A DNA stretch of 63,546 nucleotides, counting the filler, from Olpidium bornovanus S191 (lineage: Eukaryota; Fungi; Olpidiomycota): assembly GCA_017911155.1 (NCBI GenBank). It is 32 parts of 32 records of this genome, joined end to end, with 100 filler letters (N's around TTAATTAATTAA, not from the genome) between each part and the next. Parts side by side here need not be neighbours in the genome. Positions count along the whole stretch, not along the records: positions 1 to 1,320 come from JAEFCI010005653.1; positions 1,421 to 2,713 come from JAEFCI010006599.1; positions 2,814 to 4,079 come from JAEFCI010011841.1; positions 4,180 to 6,972 come from JAEFCI010011758.1; positions 7,073 to 10,432 come from JAEFCI010004991.1; 27 more parts are not named here. One strand, given 5' to 3'. A model generated the notes under the pieces. That model ran no database searches, was not told where the DNA came from, and worked only from the letters and a program-made list of their open reading frames with translations. Below, piece by piece: positions 1 to 9,932 of this stretch. Made by a program: the position numbers and the translations under genes. How positions within the stretch are numbered: position 1 is the first letter of the stretch; every line of letters starts with the position of its first letter.

Positions 1-59
1 CATGATTATGTTCCTGTCACGGATGTTGCCGACTGTCGGTATCCTGATAGAACAATTGC

Positions 60-1320
60 CCTTTTGTGAACAGGTACAATTCCGTGATGCTGGGGTTTGC
101 CCTTTTCTCCTTCCTTGGGATCCGCGACGGGCGGTATCTACTGGCTTCTGTCACCTTCTGTCTTTCCTTGGGCTTCAAGCAGATGGCGTTGTATTACGCT
201 CCAATTTTTTTTGCATTCCTTATTGGACAATGCTTCCAGCGGCCGGACGGGTAGGTTTTACGTCGCAATCCCGGACATTTGCAGAGTATTCGAGGAATTT
301 TCTCACTGCCCTCGTTTCCGGGATTGCCTGGCGCCAGCATACAACTGTTCGTCAAGCTGGGGCTAACAGTGGTATCCTCATTTGCCTTGCTCCTTCTACC
401 CTGGATCGGGACCCCCGCAGATCTCCTGCAGGTCGCTGCCCGGGTATTCCCGTTCGGTCGGGGCCTGTTTGAGGATAAGGTCGCAAATATGTGGTGCGCG
501 ATGAACGTCATTGTCAAGCTGCGGCAGGTGTTCGAGCAGAAGCACCTCGTACTGCTAAGGTGGCGACCTCGGATTTGAGGAAGAGCTTCAGAGTCTTTTC
601 CTACGACGCAGGCGGATTATTAACCCCTTTCGTGTACACGCCTACAGCCTTATCGCGACTCTTTTGGTCATCGGACCGGCCTGCGTCCACCTCGCCATTC
701 AGCCGGGCCGGCGCCGGATGCTCTATGCAATGGCGAGCTGCTCTTTAGGCTTTTTCCTCTGTTCCTTTCAGGTTCACGAGAAGTCCATCCTCATCCCGGC
801 CCTGCCGGTCACTCTGCTGATGGCGATTGGGGAACCCATGGATTTCGCTTGGGGCGGATTCTTCATCAACGCCGCTATGTTTAGGTACGCGCTTTTTGGG
901 TGTTGCGTCACGCACGTTTCTGGGTCGCCAATGCCAAACTTGGGACGAATTTTCCTGCATTCCAAGCATGTACCCCCTGCTGAAGAAAGACGGCCTGAGC
1001 TTGCAGTACGGGTGTATGCTGGCGCTTTGGAACTGGCTCGGCGCGCTCTGGAGGCGCGGAAGAAACCCGCTGATTTTCACGCTAACGACTCGGGTACGTC
1101 GTCATACGCTGTCGCCGGCCCCTGTGCGTGCTTCCAACGATTGAAGACTGAGGAATGAATGCCCTTTCCGGATCATCCCTGCCAGGCATGCTACGCGGTC
1201 ATGCTCCTCATTCAAGCGCTTGATGCGTTCGTCCCTCCGCCGGCTCGGTTGCCGGACCTCTACCGGCTGCTGAACGCAGTGTTTTCCGCGGGTCTCTTCG
1301 GGCTGTCTTACCTTTACTAC
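60..1320 (+). CDS. ALG6: Dolichyl-phosphate-glucose:Man9GlcNAc2-PP-dolichol alpha-1,3-glucosyltransferase, partial, multi-exon
   Basis: Exon motifs YNSVMLG...FKQMALYYAP, VFPFGRGLFEDKVANMWC, FLCSFQVHEKSILIP and SMYPLLKKDGL, separated by GT-AG introns. Confidence 0.93.
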
Positions 1321-1420
1321 NNNNNNNNNNNNNNNNNNNNNNNNNNNNNNNNNNNNNNNNNNNNTTAATTAATTAANNNNNNNNNNNNNNNNNNNNNNNN
1401 NNNNNNNNNNNNNNNNNNNN
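1321..1420. other. Artificial contig linker (44 N + TTAATTAATTAA + 44 N); first of 31 identical spacers
   Basis: The same 100-bp layout recurs at 2714, 4080, 6973, 10433, 12105, 13955, 15905, 17832, 19641, 21359, 23443, 26742, 28769, 31844, 34033, 36197, 38965, 42595, 43744, 45567, 47139, 48620, 49749, 51087, 54008, 56957, 58474, 59660, 60907 and 62300. TTAATTAATTAA gives stops in all six frames. Confidence 0.99.
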
Positions 1421-2112
1421 CATGCGTTCCCGCTCTCTAGGTAAGGGTTAATTTTGAAAGACAAAACGTCCGCCGGGCGCAACCTTGTGAGCGGGGACTC
1501 GGCGCAAAAGAAAAAAAAAAAATAAACAAATAAATAAATGAAACAATGTGGTGGGGACGGGGGAAGGGGGTAACGGGAAGAGTGCAGAGAGCGAAAGAAA
1601 GAGAGAAGCAAAAAAAAAACGCACTTGAGCCTCTGATCTATCACCGCTTTTTTGAGGACCTCCCGCTTCTCTTTGCCCGCGAGGAAGGCCGCGATATCCC
1701 GCTGTTGGGCCTCATCGAACTCGCGTACGCGGACCTGTTGATTCTGGTCGTCATCGTCCCCACCCCCACCCATATGGGTCCAGAGAAAAGGAAAAAAAAG
1801 CATTTTACCGCATTGCGTTTGGACCATCGGGCAAAAAATTGCGGCCGGGGTCGTTGTAAGCGTAAAAAATAAATTAGAATAAAAGAAAAGAAAAAGCCTT
1901 AAAGCATCGCGTGTTGTTGCAGAGAACGGAGGGTGGTGGTGGGGGGGAAGAGGATAACGTGGCTCACCTTCTTGGCCGCCGCCAACTCCCCGACGTCCTT
2001 TTTAAACGCTTCGGCCCGCGCCGTCTTCAGCTGGGCTTGGTCGGCCGCTCCGCGCATGTAATCGCCCACCAAAATTCTGCCTGCTGCCTTGTAGAAATTC
2101 CGGTCGGCCTGC
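1421..2112 (-). CDS. Hypothetical helical protein, internal exons, unidentified
   Basis: AG/GT-bounded minus-strand exons read ADRNFYKAAGRILVGDYMRGAADQAQLKTARAEAFKKDVGELAAAKK and VRVREFDEAQQRDIAAFLAGKEKREVLKKAVIDQRL, with T-rich introns on the same strand; family not recognised. Confidence 0.45.
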
Positions 2113-2401
2113 CAAAAACATTAAAACATAAATAAATAAATAAATAAATATTAAGCAACAAAACCCACATTGAGGTGGCAAAAATTTTTTTTTGGTCCAT
2201 GATAAGAACCGACGACGATTGTCGAAAGGGTCCCGATCCGAAAAAAAAAAAAAACAAAAAAAACAAAAAAAAACAAGAAAAATAAAAAAGAATAAAGAAG
2301 CAACGACGAGAAATAAAAAAGAAAATAAAAAAAATAAAGACACGAAAATCAGGAGAAAAAGAAGAAATCAAAGAGAGAAAAAAAGAAAAAGAAAAAAAGA
2401 A

Positions 2402-2590
2402 AAAGAAAAGAAGAAAAGAAAGGCAAGGAAAAGACAAGATAAACAAGATAAAAAAAGAAAACAAAAAACCGCATGAAAAAATGAAAAAGGATAAAAAAGA
2501 AAAGAAGAAAAGAAAGGCAAGGAAAAGACAAGATAAACAAGATAAAAAAAGAAAACAAAAAACCGCATGAAAAAATGAAAAAGGATAAAA
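2402..2590. repeat. 94-bp tandem duplication in A-rich low-complexity DNA
   Basis: GGCAAGGAAAAGACAAGATAAACAAGATAAAAAAAGAAAACAAAAAACCGCATGAAAAAATGAAAAAGGATAAAAAA starts at 2422 and again at 2516. Confidence 0.85.
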
Positions 2591-2983
2591 AACATGAAAA
2601 AACACAAAAAAAAAAGAAAAAATAGAAGACAAATCATAAAAAAAAGGGGGGAAGACAAGGGGAAAAAGGTAAAAAAAAAGGGGGGGAAAGGGAGAAGGGA
2701 AAAAAAGGGAGAANNNNNNNNNNNNNNNNNNNNNNNNNNNNNNNNNNNNNNNNNNNNTTAATTAATTAANNNNNNNNNNNNNNNNNNNNNNNNNNNNNNN
2801 NNNNNNNNNNNNNATTTGTTCCGAATAAATGCTCCGACCGGTGCACGACCCGTCGGGCTTCGAACGTTCACGCGGACCGCTTCCGAGCGGAGTCGCCGTC
2901 GCCGTCAAACCCGGATTTCTGTAGGTCGAGCATGTCATATCCGGGTCCATAGAGATGGAACGGGGTTGCTCTGTCTTAAAGTA

Positions 2984-3976
2984 CTACTGCTGGCGGCAGT
3001 TTGCTTCCTCCTCCTCTTTGCGAGACCGTTTGCGTCTTGTGGACCGTTCCTTTAGCTCGCCTTCATCCGGGTGTGAGCGTTTTCTGTTCCCCGGTTCGGC
3101 CGGATGTGTCGCGCTGTCACCGGTGCCCGCCGGTTGAGCCTGCGCCGCCGGTCGAGCCTGCGTCACGTAACGTTTCTTGTACACATTGCGTGGTGGGCTG
3201 AGCACGGAGGCCAGATTAATTTCGGAATTCCACAATGGCGTGGCCGGCTGCAGCTCGCCTTTTGCGACGCGCCAGGCGTCGCCAGTGCCCGCCGGCTGAG
3301 CCTGGGACGCTGGAGGTTCCCTGTCCGCCTCGCGTGCTGGGGCAGTTGCCGAAGCCAAGGTGATTTCGGACGCCAGCGTTGGTTCGGCTGCTTGCCACTT
3401 GCGTTTGACTGGGCGCAAGGCGTCGCCGGTACCCGCCGGTTGCGCCTGCGCCGTCGGCGGTTCCCTCTCCGCCTTGCGCGCTGCGGTAGCTGCCGAAGCC
3501 AGAGCGATTTCGGTTGCCCGCTCGCCTTCGGCTGCGCGCCGGGCGTCGCCTGTGCCCGCCGGTTGGGCTTGCGCCGCTGCAGGTTCCTGAGGCGCCGCGC
3601 GCGCTACGGCAGCTGCCGAGGCCAAAGCGATTACGCCTGCCTCCTCCATATCCGCACGCTGAGCCGAATGTTCCCTGATTTTGCGCACAATGACGTTGCC
3701 GATCCGAATAACCTGTTTACCCGCAATCGGCGTCAATCTAAGCCGCCTCATCTCCGCGCCCGTGTGACGTAGGCGCGACGTGCAGACAACTGGCCCACCC
3801 TCCTCCCACCCAACCCAACGCACCAGTTGCTTGTTTCTGGCTTCAAACTCTGCGAGCCTGTGCTGCAGGTTGACTGTCCTCGCATGGAACTGGTCCTCCT
3901 GACGGCGCAGATCCTCTGCACTGTCCTGCTCGGCTTTCGCGACGCGCTCCGCGAGCCTCATGTTCTCGTCGGCCAT
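2984..3976 (-). CDS. Hypothetical protein: coiled coil, four internal QA(Q)PAGTGD repeats and a basic C-terminus
   Basis: 330-aa ORF. N-terminal heptad region (RLAERVAKAEQD...LAEFEARNKQL), repeats anchored at 3545, 3422, 3278 and 3116, and a KRS...RRKRSRK NLS-like tail. A possible intron lies near 3720-3830. Confidence 0.5.
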   Translation of the reverse strand: MADENMRLAERVAKAEQDSAEDLRRQEDQFHARTVNLQHRLAEFEARNKQLVRWVGWEEGGPVVCTSRLRHTGAEMRRLRLTPIAGKQVIRIGNVIVRKIREHSAQRADMEEAGVIALASAAAVARAAPQEPAAAQAQPAGTGDARRAAEGERATEIALASAATAARKAEREPPTAQAQPAGTGDALRPVKRKWQAAEPTLASEITLASATAPAREADREPPASQAQPAGTGDAWRVAKGELQPATPLWNSEINLASVLSPPRNVYKKRYVTQARPAAQAQPAGTGDSATHPAEPGNRKRSHPDEGELKERSTRRKRSRKEEEEANCRQQ

Positions 3977-4179
3977 CTCCGCGACGCGTGCTTCGGCTGT
4001 GCGGCGAATAGGCGCAATAAGTTTCTCGACGTCAACTCAGCTCCGTCGCCCCGCCCGCCAACGACTCTTTCCCTTAATANNNNNNNNNNNNNNNNNNNNN
4101 NNNNNNNNNNNNNNNNNNNNNNNTTAATTAATTAANNNNNNNNNNNNNNNNNNNNNNNNNNNNNNNNNNNNNNNNNNNN

Positions 4180-4930
4180 CATGGTGGTGGCAAACTCAGA
4201 ATAAACCCAGAGTTCGGCGAGGGATTTGCCGACGAAGCGGATTTCAGGGATCTGGCGGGGGGAGATGCCCATCGTGCGGAGCGCGTCGCGGATCTTAGAG
4301 AGAGGGCCCTTCCGGATGGCGACGTAGATGCGGGTGACGTCACGCGACGCTTGGGGCGCCGCCCGGCGCCTCGGGATCTTGCTTGAGAGTTTCTTGGCGA
4401 TGGCGAGGGCGGCCCACGACGGGGGCCCGACGCCAGCGGCGGCGACCTCGGCGAACTACTTGATCCGGGGCGCGGTCGGCCGAGGCTGGGGCTGGGGCTG
4501 TGGGGTCCAGGCCTTGGGGAGCTGGGCGTGGGCCGCTGTGGTTTGGGCCGCTGAGGGGGAGCGGCGGGGGGGGGCCGCTGGCTGGGGGACCGGGGTGGCC
4601 CGGGCCGGGGGTGGGGCGGCCCTCTCGCCCAAGGCGGGGGCACCGGCAGGCGCGGGCTCTGCGGAGTAAACGATCGGGGGCAACTCCAAAACACCAGAGG
4701 AAAGGGAGGGGCTGCTGGGGTTGCCGGCCGGGGGTCCCGCTGGTAATTGCCGGGCAAGGGGGATCACGCGAAACCAACACATCAGAAACTGCGTGGCCGC
4801 TGGGATTGCCGGCCGGCTGAAGCGAGGGGGAGCGGGGCGAAAGCTGGGCCTGGCGATCGGCCTTAAGCTTGGCGTTCTCCGCTGAAAGGCGCGCCACTAT
4901 CGCCTCCAGTGCTGCAATGCGTGCCACTAG
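4180..4930 (-). mobile_element. Degraded non-LTR retrotransposon (LINE) ORF1/gag-like sequence
   Basis: Coiled coil ARIAALEAIVARLSAENAKLKA, a frameshift, a Pro-rich linker, K*FAEVAAA with an in-frame TAG at 4456-4458, then RIYVAIRKGPLSKIRDALRTMGISPRQIPEIRFVGKSLAELWVYSEFA, which resembles the RRM-like core of fungal LINE ORF1 proteins. Confidence 0.5.
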
Positions 4931-5086
4931 TTCAGCGGGAGCCTGCTGGAGCTGAGGGGGCGCTGCAGGATGCTGAGGCCTGAGGGGGGGGTCTCGGCGG
5001 GGGAGGCCCCGCCTCGGACACTGAGCGGGGCCTCTTTGCTGCCGGGCCCGGGGAGCGACGTTCTACAGTGGTGCGGGAATCTACGG

Positions 5087-5311
5087 AATATTAATTATAT
5101 TTATAATAATAATAGTATTTGTATTAATCATAGTTATAATAATATTAATAATAGTATTTATAATAATAATAATATTTATAATATAAATTGTATCAATAAT
5201 ATCAATAATATTTATAATTATAATAGTAATAATATTAATAATTATATATGTAATAATATCTATAAGTATAATAATATTAATAATATCAATTATATAAATA
5301 ATTTTTCTAAA
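5087..5311. other. Sharply bounded AT-rich, TpA-saturated patch A
   Basis: Almost entirely A/T (ATAATAATA-type) between GC-rich flanks. Confidence 0.95.
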
Positions 5312-5561
5312 TGCACTGTCATCTGCTTTGGACCTGTGTTGCAGCGATCGCAGTCGTGTAAGGTCTCCCTGCGCGGTATACTGCGTAAGCTGGCCTTGGA
5401 CTTCGGCTTTGCTCGTGCGGCGCGTGCCCGCAATGTCAAGCTTGGCGTTAATGGCGCGAGACTGCCCCCAGAAGACGTTAATCCGTTCACTGTGAAACCA
5501 GGAACTCCGTCAGCAAACTCGCCAGCAAATGTCACTTGTCTCAGGCGCACTCCGACAGTCG

Positions 5562-6450
5562 TTAATGCCTCTCTTGGTCAGTCTGTAAGAAACCAGAGAG
5601 CGGGATGGCTTTCTTCGCAGTCACCTTCTCAAGCTTCACCACAAACCGGCCGGCCCCCATCCGCTCCATCACCATGGCTTCTGCTTCCCGCAACGCGGCG
5701 TACCATCGGTATTTCGTGTCCGGAATGGCTGCGACCAATCCCCCGATCAGCTGATCAACTGATGTGTCATAGGCCCGTGCCGCGTCCACAAATTGGCGTG
5801 CGGTGAAGGTGTAGGGTACTCGCACGGGGTCGCCTTCTGGGACCCACTGTTGGTACCACGCGTAAACGACCTGTCCCGACAATTTCGGCAGTTGTGTCAG
5901 AATATAACACGTGCCGCAAGAAAAGTCCCCGAGTCGCGTGCAAGAAAACCTCGTTTTATCATACCTTGCACGGAAATCCTCGGACGCGTGCCATTATCTG
6001 CACGGACGATTCTATTATCGCAGGCAGACTTGTGAAAAATCCGATCTCCGTGTCAAACAGGCCGCCGGCGATTGAGAAGCCGGTGCTGAGGACTGGGGTC
6101 GCAATTAGTACATCAACCCCTTCCTCACGGAGGAAAGCAGCCGGATCAGGCCCCGCGAGGCCTTCTTTGTGCGCTGCGTCTGCATAGCGCGAGACGCGCA
6201 TCACGTGCAGGTCTGGGAAGTTGGCCTCGACGAACTCGCCAAGAGCATCCATCATTTCCACAGTGGAAGTTGGCAAGAAAAGCTTCTTGCGGTCTTTGAG
6301 CAGACACCAAAGCAACCGGAAGGCGTCGGGGAGGGCGTGGACGTACACGAACTGGTGGCCCCATATGCCGCCCCGTGCGCCACTATTTATTATCAGCTGC
6401 GCCTTGTCCGGATTGGTCCAGTCGTGTCGAGGAAATAGGACGCGGAGTGT
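5562..6450 (-). pseudogene. Replication origin-binding protein (UL9/OBP-like superfamily 2 helicase), degraded
   Basis: LLKDRKKLFLPTSTVEMMDAL (motif IV-like), VDVLIATPVLSTGFSIAGGLFD (motif V) and SSVQIMARVRG (motif VI) match the UL9/Herpes_ori_bp C-terminal helicase pattern. Stops and a frameshift follow at about 5960-5880. No introns. Confidence 0.65.
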
Positions 6451-6455
6451 TGGTG

Positions 6456-6855
6456 ATATATTATATCTAATATTAATATATAGTAGTATATTAGTTTATA
6501 TAATAATATATAAATATTAGTTATACTATTATACATAATGGAATCATTTATTATAACCAATTATTATTATATTTATATATATTTATTATAACTATTATAT
6601 ATATTTATTATAACTATTTTTTATAACTATTTATTATAACTATTATATAATATATTATTATTATTATTATATTATATTATATTATATTATACTATTATTA
6701 TTATATTATAACTATTATATATATTGGTTATAACTATTATAACTATGGAATCATTTATTATAACTATTATACCCCAAATCTTGGGAAATTACATGTAATT
6801 ATACTACACCTGTCTCTGTCAGTCCAGTAGATATATTTTACACCATTAATTTAGT
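6456..6855. other. AT-rich, TpA-saturated patch B with internal repeats
   Basis: Nearly pure A/T. TATAACTAT recurs, and ATGGAATCATTTATTATAAC occurs twice (about 6538 and 6746). Confidence 0.95.
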
Positions 6856-7360
6856 GCTCCGCCGCGAATTACAGTAATAGAACAGACGACTGGTCCTTCT
6901 TCGGCCCGACGGGCGGGCTTTCTGTGAAGAAAATCTGCAAAGACGAGGACATGCAAGCGACGATGTCGTACCNNNNNNNNNNNNNNNNNNNNNNNNNNNN
7001 NNNNNNNNNNNNNNNNTTAATTAATTAANNNNNNNNNNNNNNNNNNNNNNNNNNNNNNNNNNNNNNNNNNNNCATGGAACGCAGGTTGCGAGCGAAATGA
7101 CTGCCAGGCCAGATTCCAATTTGACATTGCGATGAAATGTAAGACTCGGCTCACTTCCGTGCCGCGCTGCCAGTAAAGTTCGTTTTCGCGATAATAACGA
7201 CACTGCTTCTCGCTCTCTGGCTATGTCCCTCCGGTTACCACAAAACAATGGACGCACCTAATATCTTTCTTTCTCCCTGTGTGCGCAATGTCTTCGTCCG
7301 AATTCGGGGTGCTGAATGGCGGATATCGCTGGTCAAGGCCCGTGTGATTAGGTCAATGCG

Positions 7361-9553
7361 TTATGCAAGTGGCACGTGAGCAAGGCAGGAACTGCAAACT
7401 ACCTTCTGGATTGTATGCTTAATCTCCTTCAGCGCGGCTTCCCGGTAGGTTTGGATCGCGGATGCCAGGCGATCAGTTCTCAGCAGGCCCACGAGCAACG
7501 GGGCTGTTTTGGCCGCAAGGTGCTGGATGTCCAGAACATCGCCGCCGGAGAGGGACCCGGCGGCGTCCGTTCCCATGACAAGCTTGAGGGAGCGGGAGCT
7601 CAACTGCGCCTCCACGGTTGTAGCCGCGCCCCCCACATGCTGCCGGTTGCTGCCTTTGTAAACGGGGAGGGGCACCGCTGCTGCGCAGGCGGCGAGATCG
7701 CCAAGCACGGCCTGCGTGAACTCGTTCTCCATCATAAGCCCGATCATGCGGTGCATCTCTCGAAGCTGGCCCTCCAAATGTAGAAGAGCGCGGACACCTC
7801 GCAGGTCGACCGCGGCATGCACTGCCCGCGCGGTGGCCGGCGAGACCTCGCCTGCGCTGCCCTGCTTCGACGACGCGGACTGCACGTCCATCACCTCTTT
7901 GGGCTTCTGTTGCGCGCCTCGCAGCAGCCGGTTTGCCTCCGCTATCAAGTCAAGAGCGCCCACGAAGTCACCCTGACCCAGGAGAACTTGGATTGTCGGC
8001 TGCGCCATCCGCACCTCGGAAATCATTCTCGTGCCTGCGTACAGGCGCGTCAAATTCGCGTGCCGTCTTTGAAGGCACACCGCCTGTATTCCAGGGTACA
8101 CTCTGACCCGGTCCACCTCTGCAAGCTTCTCCCGCAGAGCGTGAATCTGCTCCACACAACTGAGTGTCTCTTGGTGCAGATCTTTTAACGTCGAGAGCGC
8201 AGCAAAGAACGACGACGATCGCAGCGAGACTTCTTTGATGAGGTGCACTTCAACTGTGTCCAAATAATGTGAAAGTTTCTCTTGGAGGAGGCTGTTCGAC
8301 ATGACACCGTACTGCGGCGATCTGCGAGCAAGGAGAGCGGGTGATTAGGCATGCAGCAGGCTGCGGCCGTACAAGCCGGAACATATGTGAGCAACAGCGC
8401 GCATCTGGGAAAAGAAGGCGAGTTGGAAGGGTTCCGCGATAAAGTGCGTCGTGGAAATGGAGCGCAAAAGAAAGGAAAGAATATCCTGCGCGCGCGAACG
8501 AAGAGGTAAACTTTGCAACATCTCGGTCAAGCCGCACCGATTTCAATAGCAGAGTGTAGTCATGAATGGTATTATACAACAAATCACCGTCCTCGGACAC
8601 GCCAGCAAGGTTCGATACGTACTCGCAACGTTCTCACCGGTCCGCTCGACGAATCCGCCGCAGGATGCAACGTACCGATTCACGACGTCTGCCTGCTCCA
8701 CCACTGCGGCGAAAGTGCTGGGGTTCTCGAGATTGAAATCCGGCTCGAAAAATACGGGCGGCACAATGTCGAGCGACTCAGCCGGTGCCGGTGCGGCGCT
8801 TCTTGTTGCCGCGCCGTTCGCCTCCCCAGAAAGCGAAGACCGCGAATGGGTCAGGCTTGATTTTCGCCGGCCGTGGGCATGGAGCAGGCTCATGAGCGAC
8901 GAAGACGGCGAGTCCAGCGCTTTACTAGTCTGCCTTCGCGCGATCGTCGGCAGGCCTCCCGTCACGCGGACGGCCCGGTTTCTCTCGTATGTCTCGAACA
9001 CGCTTACTATCTCCTTCAGGTACGCGTCGAAGTCCGAAGGTTTGACCTTCCGGATTGAGACCTGGTGTACCGGCGGAATGTCGGCCTTTGATATTTTGCC
9101 AGAGACCGAGCGCTCCAGCGGGTTGTTGAGCACACCGGAAATGGCGTTGAAGCCGGCGCTCTGACTCGTCCATGCCCGGTCTTCGCTGGAGTAGATCGAC
9201 ACCAACGAGCCCTTGCGGGAAACCGCCGGGCTGGAGCTTTCTCTCCGCGCGGACGATGCAATCCAGACCCTACTCGCCGCCCCGCGCTTGTCGTCGACAA
9301 AGTCGCTTGACGTCCGCGGCGTGCTCGCCCCCGACGGCGAAAGAGGCCCGGCAGAGTAGGCGGTGCTGCGCTGCGATTCCGACGACGGTCTCCGCGAGCG
9401 GGTGGAGGAAAGCGGCGAGGACGGCACCTGCTCCCGATGTCCCTGCTCCTCGTGTTCTTTCTCCTGCGCTCCCTTCGTCGGCTGGCCGCCGCCCTTTGGT
9501 GATCTCAGGGAGGAAGACGAGGACCACCGCTCCCAGAACGACATTTCGAACAC
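7361..9553 (-). CDS. VPS54: GARP complex subunit Vps54, N-terminal part, multi-exon
   Basis: IPPVHQVSIRKVKPSDFDAYL, LDIVPPVFFEPDFNLENPSTF and LLQEKLSHYLDTVEVHLIKEVSLRSSSFFAALSTLKDL. A possible first exon (MTTPPP...) starts at about 9811, and the 3' end is truncated. Confidence 0.92.
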
Positions 9554-9881
9554 GGTCGGTCACGCACGGTACGGAAGCGGTCCGCCCCCGCAACACCTCC
9601 GGCAAAATAATCCGTCCCGCGCACTCAGTCGCTGTCCGCTCCGGTGCGCGGTCAAATGGTCCCCGGCCGAGCTGAAGGCAACGGGTGCAGGCGGGCCCGG
9701 GCGTCCGGGGCCTCGGTCCGTTCCGCCTTCTGCTGCTCCTGGCCGTTTTGGGAGTTTCTCTGCGCCTGGAGGTGGCGGCGCGGGCGCGGGCGCGGGGGGC
9801 GGCGTCGTCACACGCCGCGAATCCCTCCCGCCCGGGTCGCCCCTCCCTCAAACGCGGGGGACGACGGGATTTTCCCCCGCC

Positions 9882-9932
9882 GCCCGACCCGCCCGCCCGA
9901 CCCGCCCGCCCGACCCGCCCGCCCGACCCGCC
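9882..9932. repeat. 13-bp tandem repeat (GCCCGACCCGCCC), about 4 copies, upstream of VPS54
   Basis: Units start at 9882, 9895, 9908 and 9921. Confidence 0.9.

Noticed and set aside
1365-1376. TTAATTAATTAA as a biological repeat or PacI-like site
   Set aside because: It always sits in the middle of 88 Ns at a fixed spacing; it is an assembly linker
2002-2658. Long Phe-rich or Lys-rich ORFs (also at about 21900-22330, 38060-39010 and 55600-56700)
   Set aside because: They are read-throughs of homopolymer-rich introns and repeats with no domain signal
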